In this document: positions 40,259-51,419 of the stretch, piece by piece | Numbering within the stretch: the stretch's first letter is position 1 | How the letters are laid out: each line of letters begins with the position of its first letter | Assembly (NCBI RefSeq): GCF_006345805.1 | Contig: NW_021835999.1 | Coordinates: 306,616-370,615, forward strand | From: Octopus sinensis | Lineage: Eukaryota | Length of the DNA: 64,000 nt | Direction of reading: 5' to 3' | Program-made: the position numbers and the translations under genes | The notes under the pieces: model-generated | What the model saw: the letters and a program-made list of their open reading frames with translations, nothing else | Databases searched by the model: none | Told to the model about the DNA's origin: nothing

Positions 40259-41783
40259 ACTTATTAACAAGAATTAGTTAAGATTATAGAAATAAATTAG
40301 TTTTTTGTTCAATTATTTGAATTTACCACAAACTATTTGATTGCAAACAAAACAGTTATCCAATAAAATGTCACATCATAAAAAACAAAAGATCACTTTG
40401 TTTTGGACCCACTTGGTCTCGGCTTCTGAGCGAAAGAAAAATTGCTGTTGTCAGCATGGAAGGACTTAAATGAATTGAGAAACACCTTATAGATGAAGAA
40501 GATCTTTACATGTTACGCAACACAGCTTGAACGAAATGAAGGAGACTGTCCATGAAACTGAGTTATGATGTTTTAGATTCTTTGTCATAGCTAATTAAAT
40601 CCCGTAGTGCCAATAATAATTTGTCAAATGCTATTAGACAGTCTATCTACATAACTGTTCTATCAACGCAGCTATTGTTTACTATTCAGGTTATTCTGAT
40701 TTTGTACTGTCTATTTTATTTCAAGTTTCAGATGTGGAATTAGCATTCAAGCGTCCACTCTTCTTTTTCTACATAAGGTTCCGGTTTTATAACACCGACT
40801 GTGATTTTTGAGAAACGTTGTTTGATTTTAGGGACATGTTTTAAACATTTGACCATAAGTAGAAATAGCAATGAACAATAAAAGGATTGTAAAAAAATAA
40901 TTGAAATTGCCCAAACATGTATTTACGGTAGAGTATCACTTTTTAAACCACTCAAATTTATAAAATCAACTTATTCTCCCAAATAAAGAAAATTAGTAAG
41001 ATCTATGCCGACCGCCTTGAGTCTCGAAGACAGAAAAGTAATACTCGCGAGAAAGATTTTTTACTTAACTTAACTGTTTTCCATATATTTATTTATCAAT
41101 AATTTGAGGTTTGTCTGATACTGCAGACTATCACGTGCCTCAGAAAACTCACATTTTCGCCGATTCGTCACTGTCGGCAACAATCCATTACCAAGTTCAG
41201 AGTTTTCAAGTTGAGGAATGTAACAAATAATTGAGAGTGCAGAATCTCTTTGGCATTATTACTAATTATATACGTAGTAAAACATAATCTAATTACAGAG
41301 TAGTTCGTAAGTGCCTCGCAATTAATCGATTCGATGACCTGAAGAAAAATTTGAGTGAGCAGGAATAAAGTTAACGGACAGTCTAGTAGTATATCAGAGT
41401 TACATATCGAACTAATATTTTTGTGGTTAATTAACGCTGGTTAGAATATGGTGCCACAAAAAACAGTCTTTATTTATTGAAAGAGGAACCAACTGCGCAG
41501 TTAATTAAATGGTAGTTTAAGGAAAGTAACATGCACTTTACCGACAGGACTTGACAATTACAGGAAGGCAAATCGATCGTGACTTGTTTAGAAATCAATC
41601 GGCGATTCGCCGTGCATTTAAAACGCCGTTTTAGTCATTTCTCGTTAATTTTGTGTTTTCCTGTCTTTTATGCGGTTAGCTGGCATTTCCTTATTTTTTC
41701 GCTTCCTTTAAGCCCAAATTAGTTCTTTAATGGTTATGGCATGTGCTGTGGTAATCAGCACTTGCGTGGCTCACTGTTTTAGA

Positions 41784-42436
41784 ATGGACCTCGAACAGGC
41801 ACAACAGAAACTCCTAGACATCCTCTCTGAGCTTCCGACTCACCTAAGACCCAAATTCGTGTTGTGGATTGAGTACAAACTGGCAGAATTAAAGACAACA
41901 TCCACAATAAACGAAGGTTTGGACGTTATCGGGTCATTTGTATAGGCGAAGGAAACTTTGAACGTTGGTGGACATCCATCTTCTGCGGACTTTTGACAGA
42001 ATCCATGAAATCCCAGCATGAACTGCCCCAGGGGCCTCCAAAAGGAACAGAGAAGATCCTGCACCCCGAATTCAATACGGAATACGAAACATCCGAGACA
42101 ATGTCCGATCCAGTCAACAAACTGAACGAGTTTAGATTAAGTCCAGAAATGTCCAGTCTTGCCTCCAATCAGGTATTTGTCTGATAAGTGAATAGGTAGA
42201 CATCTCCTTTGGCGACTATGTCTATGAAGAGAATGAATAACAACAGTTCACGAAGAATAACTGCCAAATACCGAGTGATCCAATTCCCGGAAGATGTTTA
42301 TGTCAGCGACGACAAACTAATGTGCCTGTATTGTGACCAGATATTGGACTACCGGAGGCTCGATTCGGTGAAAGACCACATTCGATCGAAAAAACATATT
42401 GCCAATAAAACTAAATTAAAGTCACACAACTGGTAA
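41784..42436 (+). CDS. Three-exon protein with a C-terminal CGGBP1-like (hAT-related) zinc finger
   Basis: Splicing 29-nt and 27-nt GT-AG introns gives one frame from MDLEQAQQKLLDIL to RITAKYRVIQFPEDVYVSDDKLMCLYCDQILDYRRLDSVKDHIRSKKH, resembling CGGBP1 DR..EF..L..D..KL.C..C...L...R...I.DH..SK.H. Confidence 0.6.
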
Positions 42437-42929
42437 AATATATTTAATCTGGTCCTGACTCCAAAAGAAATAATTTAATTTCGCTTGTTTAATTTATTGA
42501 AAATTAAGTTTTATGTGAAACCCATTCAAGGAAAAGGTGGCCCATGCAGAGGAATTTCGGTCGGTTATAAAGAAATGCACTCCAATTGAGTTCCTCTGCA
42601 GAAGGAAGAGAAGGCGTTTCCGGATTACGGTCGGGTCATCAGAAGATCATGTAAGGAGAGTACGGCTGTTGTTGGAGGCAGGGATCACCTAATTAGCTAG
42701 TTCTGACCTATCTTTCTCGGTGATCTTGGAGTTAATAAATAAATAAATAACCTGATAATTAGCAATTTCACGTGCTCAAATTTGACCAAATGTGATGTCC
42801 AACTTAATTTTAATCTTGATAATTGTTGTTTCCATATTTTTCCCAAACGCGACAATTATTATTTATTAAGAGCACACCGCAAAACAGCTGCAGTAAAGTT
42901 ATCTCGCCTGTGTCACCCTCATCTGGATG

Positions 42930-43250
42930 AGTTTTGTTAATCGCTTTCAGTTTCCTCTTTTCCTCGATAGTTATTTCAGGAGCTCAAGGTAGTCTGCCAA
43001 TGTCAGCACATTTCCAATCAAGGTAGATCTTGATATAATACGGATGGGAGCGTAATCCGTGGTCTTGCTTTGGGAGCGTAGAAGTGTTCCATCGCGAGGT
43101 TAGCGAAAGTCCTTAAGATGTGACCGAATAACCCCCATCTGTTACTTCCTATTTCTCCGCTAGGGGGTGTGTATTGTAATAGGAGTAGAGGTATTTGTTT
43201 GATGTGTGTTTTGGGGGAATATTCTTAAGATGCATCTGATGGAAGGATCT
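42930..43250 (-). mobile_element. Decayed LINE ORF2 C-terminal fragment
   Basis: NKYLYSYYNTHPLAEK*EVT / RWGLFGHILR..AMEHFY..RPRITLPSVLYQDL; same type as 14913-15170. Confidence 0.6.
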
Positions 43251-43694
43251 GAGACTTTCATGTATTGCAAGTACCAAATAGAAGAATTGTACAATAGGAC
43301 CGGTTTCACGAACATAATTCTATTTTTAGAGATGCGGAAATTTGTTTACCACTTAACCATATAAAGTAGTCATTAGATGAAGAAAACTTTTCAGAACTGT
43401 CATAAATTTTATCTGGTGTCAAACGCGCAGGATATATCAATGCAAAGTATTGCGATATATTCTTTGTGTTTTAGAATGCAAACGGGACCTTTAGGTCTTC
43501 AGGGTTTTTGAATGGATTGTTTTTTTTGGAGAACGATTAAAATATATTAGCTAGTTTCAACAGTTCTGCTGGAATATTGTCTACCCCTGCAGATCCTGCG
43601 GTATTCAGTTTGTTAATGACTTGCAGAGAAACTTAATGCGGATTTAAATTTAGAGAAATGTAAAAACAAATTTATTATTCGTTCTAATAAATAC

Positions 43695-46143
43695 TTAATC
43701 GAGACTGGTTTGATACATGTGTAGAGCCAACTTGCAAATAAAAATATATTGCTCCAGAGTCTGGACCACCAAGGTCCTCGACTTCCTCATAAACTCCAAA
43801 ATATGAAGAGGAACCACGGGAAGTTGTTGTCGAATGAGGTTCAAGATAATAAAGGAGACCATGACCACCCCCGTCCTCCCCACTCCCGCACTGAACAGTC
43901 ACCACCAACCCTCAACCTGCAGTGCACAATGGGGACAGCAGTCTCCTCACTCAACAAATTGTCCAAGTACAAAACAAAGGAGTAGAATCCGGTCAGATCA
44001 CTGGGAACTCCGTGGTCGGGCCATCCCGTGTAACGAAGGTGCTGGACGACCAGACATTCCTTCAATGACTACAACATGACCAAACTTGGACAACATTGTT
44101 AGTCACACAGAGGACACTCAGCACAAATACTCCACGAATTTCCTCCGAAACAGTCTCAACATGGAATATGGAATAAGTAGTGGTCTCCCCGACAAGAGGC
44201 CAGTAGCGATAACACTTCTCAACCCCCTTTTCGACCAGTCCAGTGACCATGACCACCACATTTACTTGTTTCTCCCAAATAAGCTGCGGCATTAACTGAC
44301 AGACAAACATGGTAGAAATCTGGGGTGGTAATGTCCAGTGGGCCCTGGGAAGCAATAAAGTGGGCGGTGACTGGGCCGTAAATGTAGTTGATGTGGCTGG
44401 CATTGATGTACCCGTTCCCTCCTTCCAGACTGACCAGATTTTGGTCATCTATCAATATACTGCCAACACTACAAGGGACAGTGTCTCTGTATCGGTTGAG
44501 GTGGCGATAGTCCACTCGGTTGGCAACGGACATGGTCGTGTTAGGCCACACCTTGGGGACCAACTAGAACATAATGAATGATCAAAACATTATATTGCTT
44601 CCTCAACTCCCCACTTTCTAACTGTGACTTTAATTCTTGGATGGAGGCGGAGAGTAATTCATGAGAGGATTCGACGGGGTCGGGGAGAATACTGGGGAGA
44701 ATGAGGAGAAGTCGGTCAATGTATTCTTGACTGTCCAACGTCACATTCATCAGATTGACAAAGTTCTCAATAATTTCCACCGAACGACACGACACGGTCA
44801 CTTTACTCGACTCGACATTGAGGAATTTGGAGAGGATGACGAGGCGGAGACTTGACTTGATCAGGGACAGACATTTGAGAATATTCTCTGCCTCGTGCAA
44901 TGACATGTTCAATGTGCACTTTCCGTTGATGAAGAGGACAACACAGCCCACGCCCAGACGACAGACATCCCCCACACTCTCCACGTACAGAGGAATAAAG
45001 CGATCAGTCCCTCCCTACACAATAATGGAGGACAGTCACCGAGAGAGTAAAGTTGTACGACTCGTCAATGAATGGCACACTCACTTCGTCCACGTTGAGA
45101 AAGTTGACCAGACGACGATATCGGGTAAGGTCAGAGACTGTTCTCCGATCAACAGTGCTGTCCAACGACCTGAATCAACACAAAACAGTCAAACAGATAG
45201 AAATTGGCACTTTCGACGCAAACACGATAAAAGGACTTTGCTGCAAACATTGAGACAAATTCGAGGGAGAAGGATTGGGGTGGGATGGAGGAGGTCTGGG
45301 TGGAGGAGAGTGGGCTACCTTATCTCCCTTCACTGACATTTTGATGACATTGCTCTTGTAGGTCACTTTGGCAATTTTGTCCCATCCAATCACACAGAGC
45401 ACTCGGCTGGCACGAACGAACCGAATTCCTATACACCCGACGGTGGCCTCTGCGTCCATTCCAGTCAATTTATCCTTGCAGACATAGCAGTGCACTCCCT
45501 CCTGGTAGAACTGGCATTTGGACACCCGGAAGAGGAAAGAATTGAGGGTCACGATGGGAGGCAGTTCACTACCACTCCCACTCTGAGGGAGTACCTTATA
45601 TCGTTGAGATGGTCCTCCATGCTCTCCAACTCTCCTCCAGTCCCTGCTTTCATTAGACGGGCATACCGTGAGAGAAAGTGGCATGGAGAAGGTTCAGTTC
45701 ATCCTTCCCAATTTGGTGGTCGAAAGTGTGGAGGAGTTGGTGGATGGAATGGGCGTAGAGCACTCTAATCGGATTAACCCATTCATTACTTTGCGTTGTA
45801 TTCAACTATGTTTTGAGGGTCTTTTACGAAATGGGCAATTCGCAGGTAGAGTGGGAGCACTGGAGCATCCTCTCCATTTGAGGGTCCCTCGATCTGTTCT
45901 TCCAGAGATTTGTTTCGGTCGAGCCAGACCTGTGGGTATTCAACACTCAGAGGACCTCATTTTTTGTGTGTACAGAACACAAATACAGTCCAAAGTACGA
46001 GCAATTGCTAATTCCTGCCATTTCACAAACGTAGGCAATCAGTTCTCCAACTAGACGATGTCTCTGTACAATGGGAGGCTTGGAGGTACCTCAAACTGAA
46101 AGGACACGCTGGTTTTGTGATTTAGGTGAACAAGGACGGACAT
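43695..46143 (-). CDS. FERM-PDZ-PTP non-receptor tyrosine phosphatase (PTPN3/PTPN4-like), multi-exon
   Basis: FERM: YFGLYL..|VWLDRNKSL..LYLRI. PDZ-like: GCVVLFING. PTP: LNRYRD, YINAS, FIASQGPL, KCYRYWP, WPDHGVP, VHC|SAGVGRTG (26-nt intron inside the active-site motif), VQTLEQY. Confidence 0.88.
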
Positions 46144-46295
46144 TGGCAACTAAAATAGTAAAAAGGGAAAAGTATATAAACAATGACATGCACATATTTG
46201 GTAATTTATTATCGTCATTATAAGAAATACTACCAAAAAATCAGTTTTCAACAACACTAATAATTCAAATCGCTTATTTATTAATTAAAAGATAA

Positions 46296-46792
46296 TTAAA
46301 TATTCTGAAATATTCCAGGAATTTCCACCACAAGCCACGGAAACAACTAGGAATAAGACTACTCAAATACCCCAAGTGCCAATGAGTGACTGATTCCTAA
46401 TTTTGGATACTTTTTTGCCCAGAGTGGGACAAAGTGGTCATCCAGGCAGATCCGTCCCCCTCTGTACATCTTCTCTGTCTTGCCATCCAGTTCTTTAATT
46501 ATAATATCAGGGGGAGCCAAGGGGTAGTTCGCAGGGATCTCCACATTGAATTTGAACCATCTCCCAACTTTGTGGTGACAGCACGTGCCAGTCCACAGTG
46601 TGCCTCGACTGTCGGCCTGCAGTTTGAACCAGTCATTTCCGTTGGCCTTGTTAGTTTTGACGTACTGAGTTAGAGGGGTGGGATTACTGCTATGAGAGAA
46701 ATATACTCTTCACGTAGTCGCTCCTCCCACTCTTTCCCATCCATTGGAGATGCTTTGCTTTTTAGTTCAGGAATTGATGATGCATCCACCAT
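46296..46792 (-). CDS. UFC1: Ufm1-conjugating enzyme 1, multi-exon
   Basis: IPELKSKASPMDGKEWEERLREEYISLI..EIPANYPLAPPDI..ELDGKTEKMYRGGRICLDDHFVPLWAK..KLGISHSLALG|LFPWLVVEIP. Confidence 0.93.
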
Positions 46793-46952
46793 TACAAGTT
46801 TTATTTTTTATTTTTATTTAATTATTGTAAATCAAAAATAATCAATATTTGCTAATTTAATCCCAGAATAACATTCCTTTGTGGGTTTTTGAGTAGTTTA
46901 GTAGAATAAAAATTTAAAATAGTAAAATCAATAACCGTGTTGTTGTTTGTAT
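46793..46952. promoter_or_regulatory. 160-bp AT-rich divergent spacer between the UFC1 and OXR1-like starts; inferred bidirectional promoter
   Basis: Start codons at 46792 (-) and 46953 (+). Function is inferred from geometry only. Confidence 0.5.
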
Positions 46953-48208
46953 ATGCAAGCTGATGTGAATCGATCCATATCCGAGGAAAGTATTTTGCCC
47001 AAACTGGTGTCATACAAAGTGACAGTGACAGAGACATTGTCATCCGTGGCTGCCAGACATGGGACGACCCCCCGCAGAATCGCCCGTCTAAACAGGATTA
47101 ACTCGTCCTACGTATTCCCAGGACAGGTAGGTCCCCTCAATGTACCCAGACTCTAATAATCGAGTATCCTGTCTCTCCCGGAGAGGAATCGACTGCCTTT
47201 CTGAATGACCCAATCTTGTTTGAAGCCCCAGCCAAGCACATTTCCCCTGGGTCGGGCTGTGCTGAGGGAACATTTCCCTGACTGACAAAAAAATGTATTT
47301 CGATACTGACCTGGACGTATTCCGAATAGACCAGCCACTGGTCGACCTCATTTCCATGAAAACATTGCAAAGCCTCCCTCAGGATATCTTTGGAGAGAGT
47401 GACCCCTCACTATGTACAACACCCAACCAGTTCATTTATCTCCGATTTATTTTTGTCCACGCTGAATCCTGGCTCCAAATGGACTATTCTCAGTGATTGG
47501 TTGATTTAATGTTAAGTGGACTGGCCTTGCAACAACACCTGTCCAGTGCATGTTCGTCACTCGACCAACACACTCGTCCTATGACCTCCCCGATCGACCA
47601 TTTCTACTTGGCAGTCAAGGCCGAGTCAGGTTTTGACAAGCAAGTAATCGACCAGGTCGAATTCGTGTATATACCACAGATTTTCACCCAATTGCCTCCG
47701 CGAGTGTGTTGTGAGGACTGGAGAGTAGTCTATTCGACTGGAATGGACGGGTATTCTCTCATGAACCTCATCCGTGCATACAAGCAGGTCGAACGTGCCT
47801 CTCTCCTCGTCATTAAGGATGTCGACGGCATAGTTGAGCACGTTTACCAACAATAGGTGTTTGGAATATACTTGTCACACCCACTGGTGGTCTCTTCGGG
47901 GTTTGGTGGGAATGGGGAGACATATCTGTTCACATTCCACCCGCAGTTCACAGTAGAGGGTATATCTGAGTGGTAGATATTCCGGTGGTCGGGGGAGAAT
48001 GACTATTTCATCAAGTGCAGTCACGAACAGCTCATATTTGGGGCATCCGAGTAGACTTTGTGGGTTCAGTCATAGTGGACACTACGGCCTGTCCATTGAC
48101 GGGGAGTTGTGTAATGGCACTACTTCCCCCTGCAGAACATTTGACAACCAAACACTCACCCTCGCCACTGACTTTGTTATCACCAGTCTTGAGGCGTGGA
48201 GTTACTAA
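46953..48208 (+). CDS. OXR1/NCOA7-like LysM + TLDc protein, multi-exon
   Basis: LysM: YKVTVTETLSSVAARHGTTPRRIARLNRINSSYVFPGQ. TLDc: QLPPRV..WRVVYSTGMDGYSLMNL..LLVIKD..GLSIDGELCNG.TSPCRTFDNQTL..DFVITSLEAW. Confidence 0.85.
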
Positions 48209-48316
48209 TCTAATTTTGTTCATTCTACTTTATTGTGATAGGGCAGTGTATAATAAATGTTTAATTGGTTTATAATTAATTATTATAATGTAAATAAAAT
48301 AGCCCTCATTGTGGTC

Positions 48317-50307
48317 ATGCCCAGAATTCCCGTTGGATGGGAGAAATGTCCAGCCTATGGGCAAATAATTGGTAAAATTGACTAAATAAAAAAGAATGCT
48401 TTGTCCCCTTCAAAGTTCCCTTGGATCACAAATACGGGATCCCCCCACACAATGCATTTAATCTTACAAAGCTGATGACCAAATTCCCCAATGTGATTAT
48501 TCAATATAAATATAGATTGGACTAATCGTGAACCTGACCAACTCCTCCTTCTACTATCAAATCCCCAGAGACCCCAACTATGCATTCTCCCATATAATGT
48601 GCGAAGGGTAACCCCCCATGTCGACCATAGACACCACGGGGCACCCTCCCCTGACAAAGTCGGAGATTTTATTGAAATAGTCCGCCGTTTTTTGGAACAC
48701 CACAAAGGACTGTTGATTGGTTTGTTTGTACAACCATAATTCGATAGGAGTTCACTGCACTCACGGATTTAACAGAACAGGCTTCATGATTGTCAGTTTT
48801 CTGGTCTCAGAGTTCAACTACTCCGTGCCTGACGCCCTCCTGTTGTTTTCCCAAGTAACCCAATCCTCCAAGTTTAGAAACGACCCCCGGGAATATATAA
48901 GACCGGCTACATCCAAGAATTGTGTCTCCGATTCAACACAGGGGAAATGACTCTCCCCCCGGTCACCCAGCCACCGTGGAAGAACACGCCACACCAAGTC
49001 ATCCAAGAGTCGGTATATCCCGATTGTGATAGTCAGACATTTTTTGAGAAGAGAAACGTGGCGGGGGTGGTGTTGGTGGATGACCAGGACAAGATTCTGG
49101 AAGTCCGGAAGCGAGTTCGTGACATTGCAGAGAGGGCGTTGAGTCAAGTGAAGGTGCGGGGTTTGAAGGATATTGCGTGAGTGGGTGAGTGGATTAATGG
49201 GCAGAGAGGAGGAGTTCATCGGGGAACATCCAGTGTCCATGACTGTCGAGAACATGGAACGATTGCGGGACAATAAATATATGGTTACTTGGAAGTCTGA
49301 TGGGTGTCGGTGAGGAACTGTGGTTATCTGGAGGTATCTCATGTTGGCGGTCAAGGAGGGGGAGGTTTATATGCTCGATCGTTCCAATTCTGTATTTTTT
49401 GTCAAAAACATGTCTTTTTGGGAGAGAAAGTGTGATCGACATCTTTCTGATGTACTCGTCGATGGGGTTTGATTGACTTATTCATTGAAGGAAATGGTGG
49501 CCGACAGAGTGAATGAGACTACGGAAGTATTGCGGTATTTGATATATGATGTCATCGACTTTAATGTTGCCCCTCTTTATTATGGCAGAACTCGAAGATG
49601 GGGGCTGCTAATTTCGACATTCGTCATAAATCCATATACATCGATCTGATAGAGCCAAGACACCGCAGGATTGCGAAGGGAACATTGGACAAGTCGAGGG
49701 AGCCTTTTTCTGTGAGAAGAAAGGATTTCTACGAGATCAGTACCACCAAGAAACTGCTTGGGATAGATTTTGCCAATAAAATGCTTCATAAAGTGGACGG
49801 TCTGATCTTTCAACCAATTGAGATGGTTGATTGCACATATTACTGCAGTCCTACCACTTCGGGAGGTCTACCAACTCCCTCAAGTGGAAACCTCCTCATT
49901 TAAACACCGTCGATTTCAGACTGATTGTTGAAAATAAATCAATTCAAGGGTTTGTGTACTCTGTGAGCATAGTCGTATGCCCGAATACGATATTTGTCTG
50001 CAGCTTATTGATAATGGAAAGGAAGTCAACTCTGAGTGTACAATGCTGGTAGAATTGTCTATCTTTATCATGCAGTTTTCACCCCATTTGCGCAAGTTTG
50101 ATGGAAAGATTGTCGAGTGTTGCAGAAATGGGCACAAATTTTGGGAAGTGCTTAGGGTGAGAGATGATAAGAACACTCCCAACTCTGTCCACACATATAG
50201 GGGTATTCAGTAGGCTCATTCTGAATGCAGGAGTCACCCAAAGTATAGATCACGTCGTCACCACTAATAAACTTTGTGGGCTTATTGATCATATCCAAAG
50301 TGGCTAG
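48317..50307 (+). CDS. RNGTT: mRNA capping enzyme (triphosphatase + guanylyltransferase), multi-exon
   Basis: IPVGWEKCP..IGVHCTHGFNRTGFMI (Cys phosphatase), YMVTWKSDG (KxDG), DGLIFQP, LKWKPPHLNTVDF, IVEC..WEVLRVRDDKNTPN. Confidence 0.93.
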
Positions 50308-51419
50308 AATTTGTTTCATGAATTACATTTTAATTGACGAGTCGTTTTATTTAGGCGTTTATTTTACAAGGAAGGGATTTAAAACTCGTTAATAAATTAT
50401 ACCACCACAATGTTGATGGTGTAGAAACTATTAGTGACAATGTCTCAGATGAGCGCAAATTATTGTTGCATTCTTCCAAAATAAGCATTATATAGCGAAC
50501 TAGGATTATACTTTAATTTGCGTGGTGTGTGCATGTACGTTTCCAAGAAGTTAAGGAAAACGAAACCTATGAGCCTTCCTGCAGATCAAAATAGTTTAAA
50601 AAAGACAGGACCGTCGCCTGTGGGACCTCATAATGCCACAAGAGCTAATGGTGTTAAAGAAGATATTGTTGGTGATGCTGCCAAAACTAACTTGCATTCT
50701 CTTTCTGCGATCATCGGAAATGTCAATGGTGTCTGTGAAGGCGAATGGGTGTCTCAGATTGCCCTTGCCGCGAAGCAAAGACTTGGAAGGATGTCAAGAG
50801 GTGGTTGAAACCTTGTCTGGAGAAGTTTAATGAGAAGTACTCGGCAAAGTACTCCAGTTTATGCCAACTAAAGAGCATGGCTAGACGGAATAATTTATCA
50901 TATCACAAAAGATGATCCGCCCCAAGATATTAATCAAATTACCGATGTTCTATATGCAGCACAGTGTGCTTATTTGGCCTTAACTATGAGAGCCAGATCA
51001 CAGAGCACATAGTTGGAAAACACGGAAAGAAAAATCTCTAAATTAGCAGATGAAATTGACACAGTTCGTTCCTTCTCCAGACAAACCTTGCCTCAGGCAG
51101 AAAAGCAAAAGGCAATGGATGTTCTCTGCCGCTATCTTCGAGCAATGAAGCCACCCTATATGGGTTTGGTGATAGTGAGTGCTTGTCATTTTGGGAAGAT
51201 GTCTGGAGCAAGAAAAATATGGGGCCCGTAGTTTATGATTTTGTGGGTGTGAGGTGTACTGGCGGTGAAACCATGCGACCTCAATTCACAAGTGATTTTA
51301 TTATGGACTAGCTCGGCAGCTCGCTTCGCTCACCGCGACCTAGCTCCTGCGGAGGGCCTGTTTCATCAAACAACTATAAGTTTATGTAGATGTATAAAAC
51401 TACCTGGTTTAATGTAACC

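Noticed and set aside
42545-42600. 10-bp perfect stem TGCAGAGGAA/TTCCTCTGCA as a snoRNA or pre-miRNA
   Set aside because: No C/D or H/ACA boxes, and pairing does not extend into the loop.
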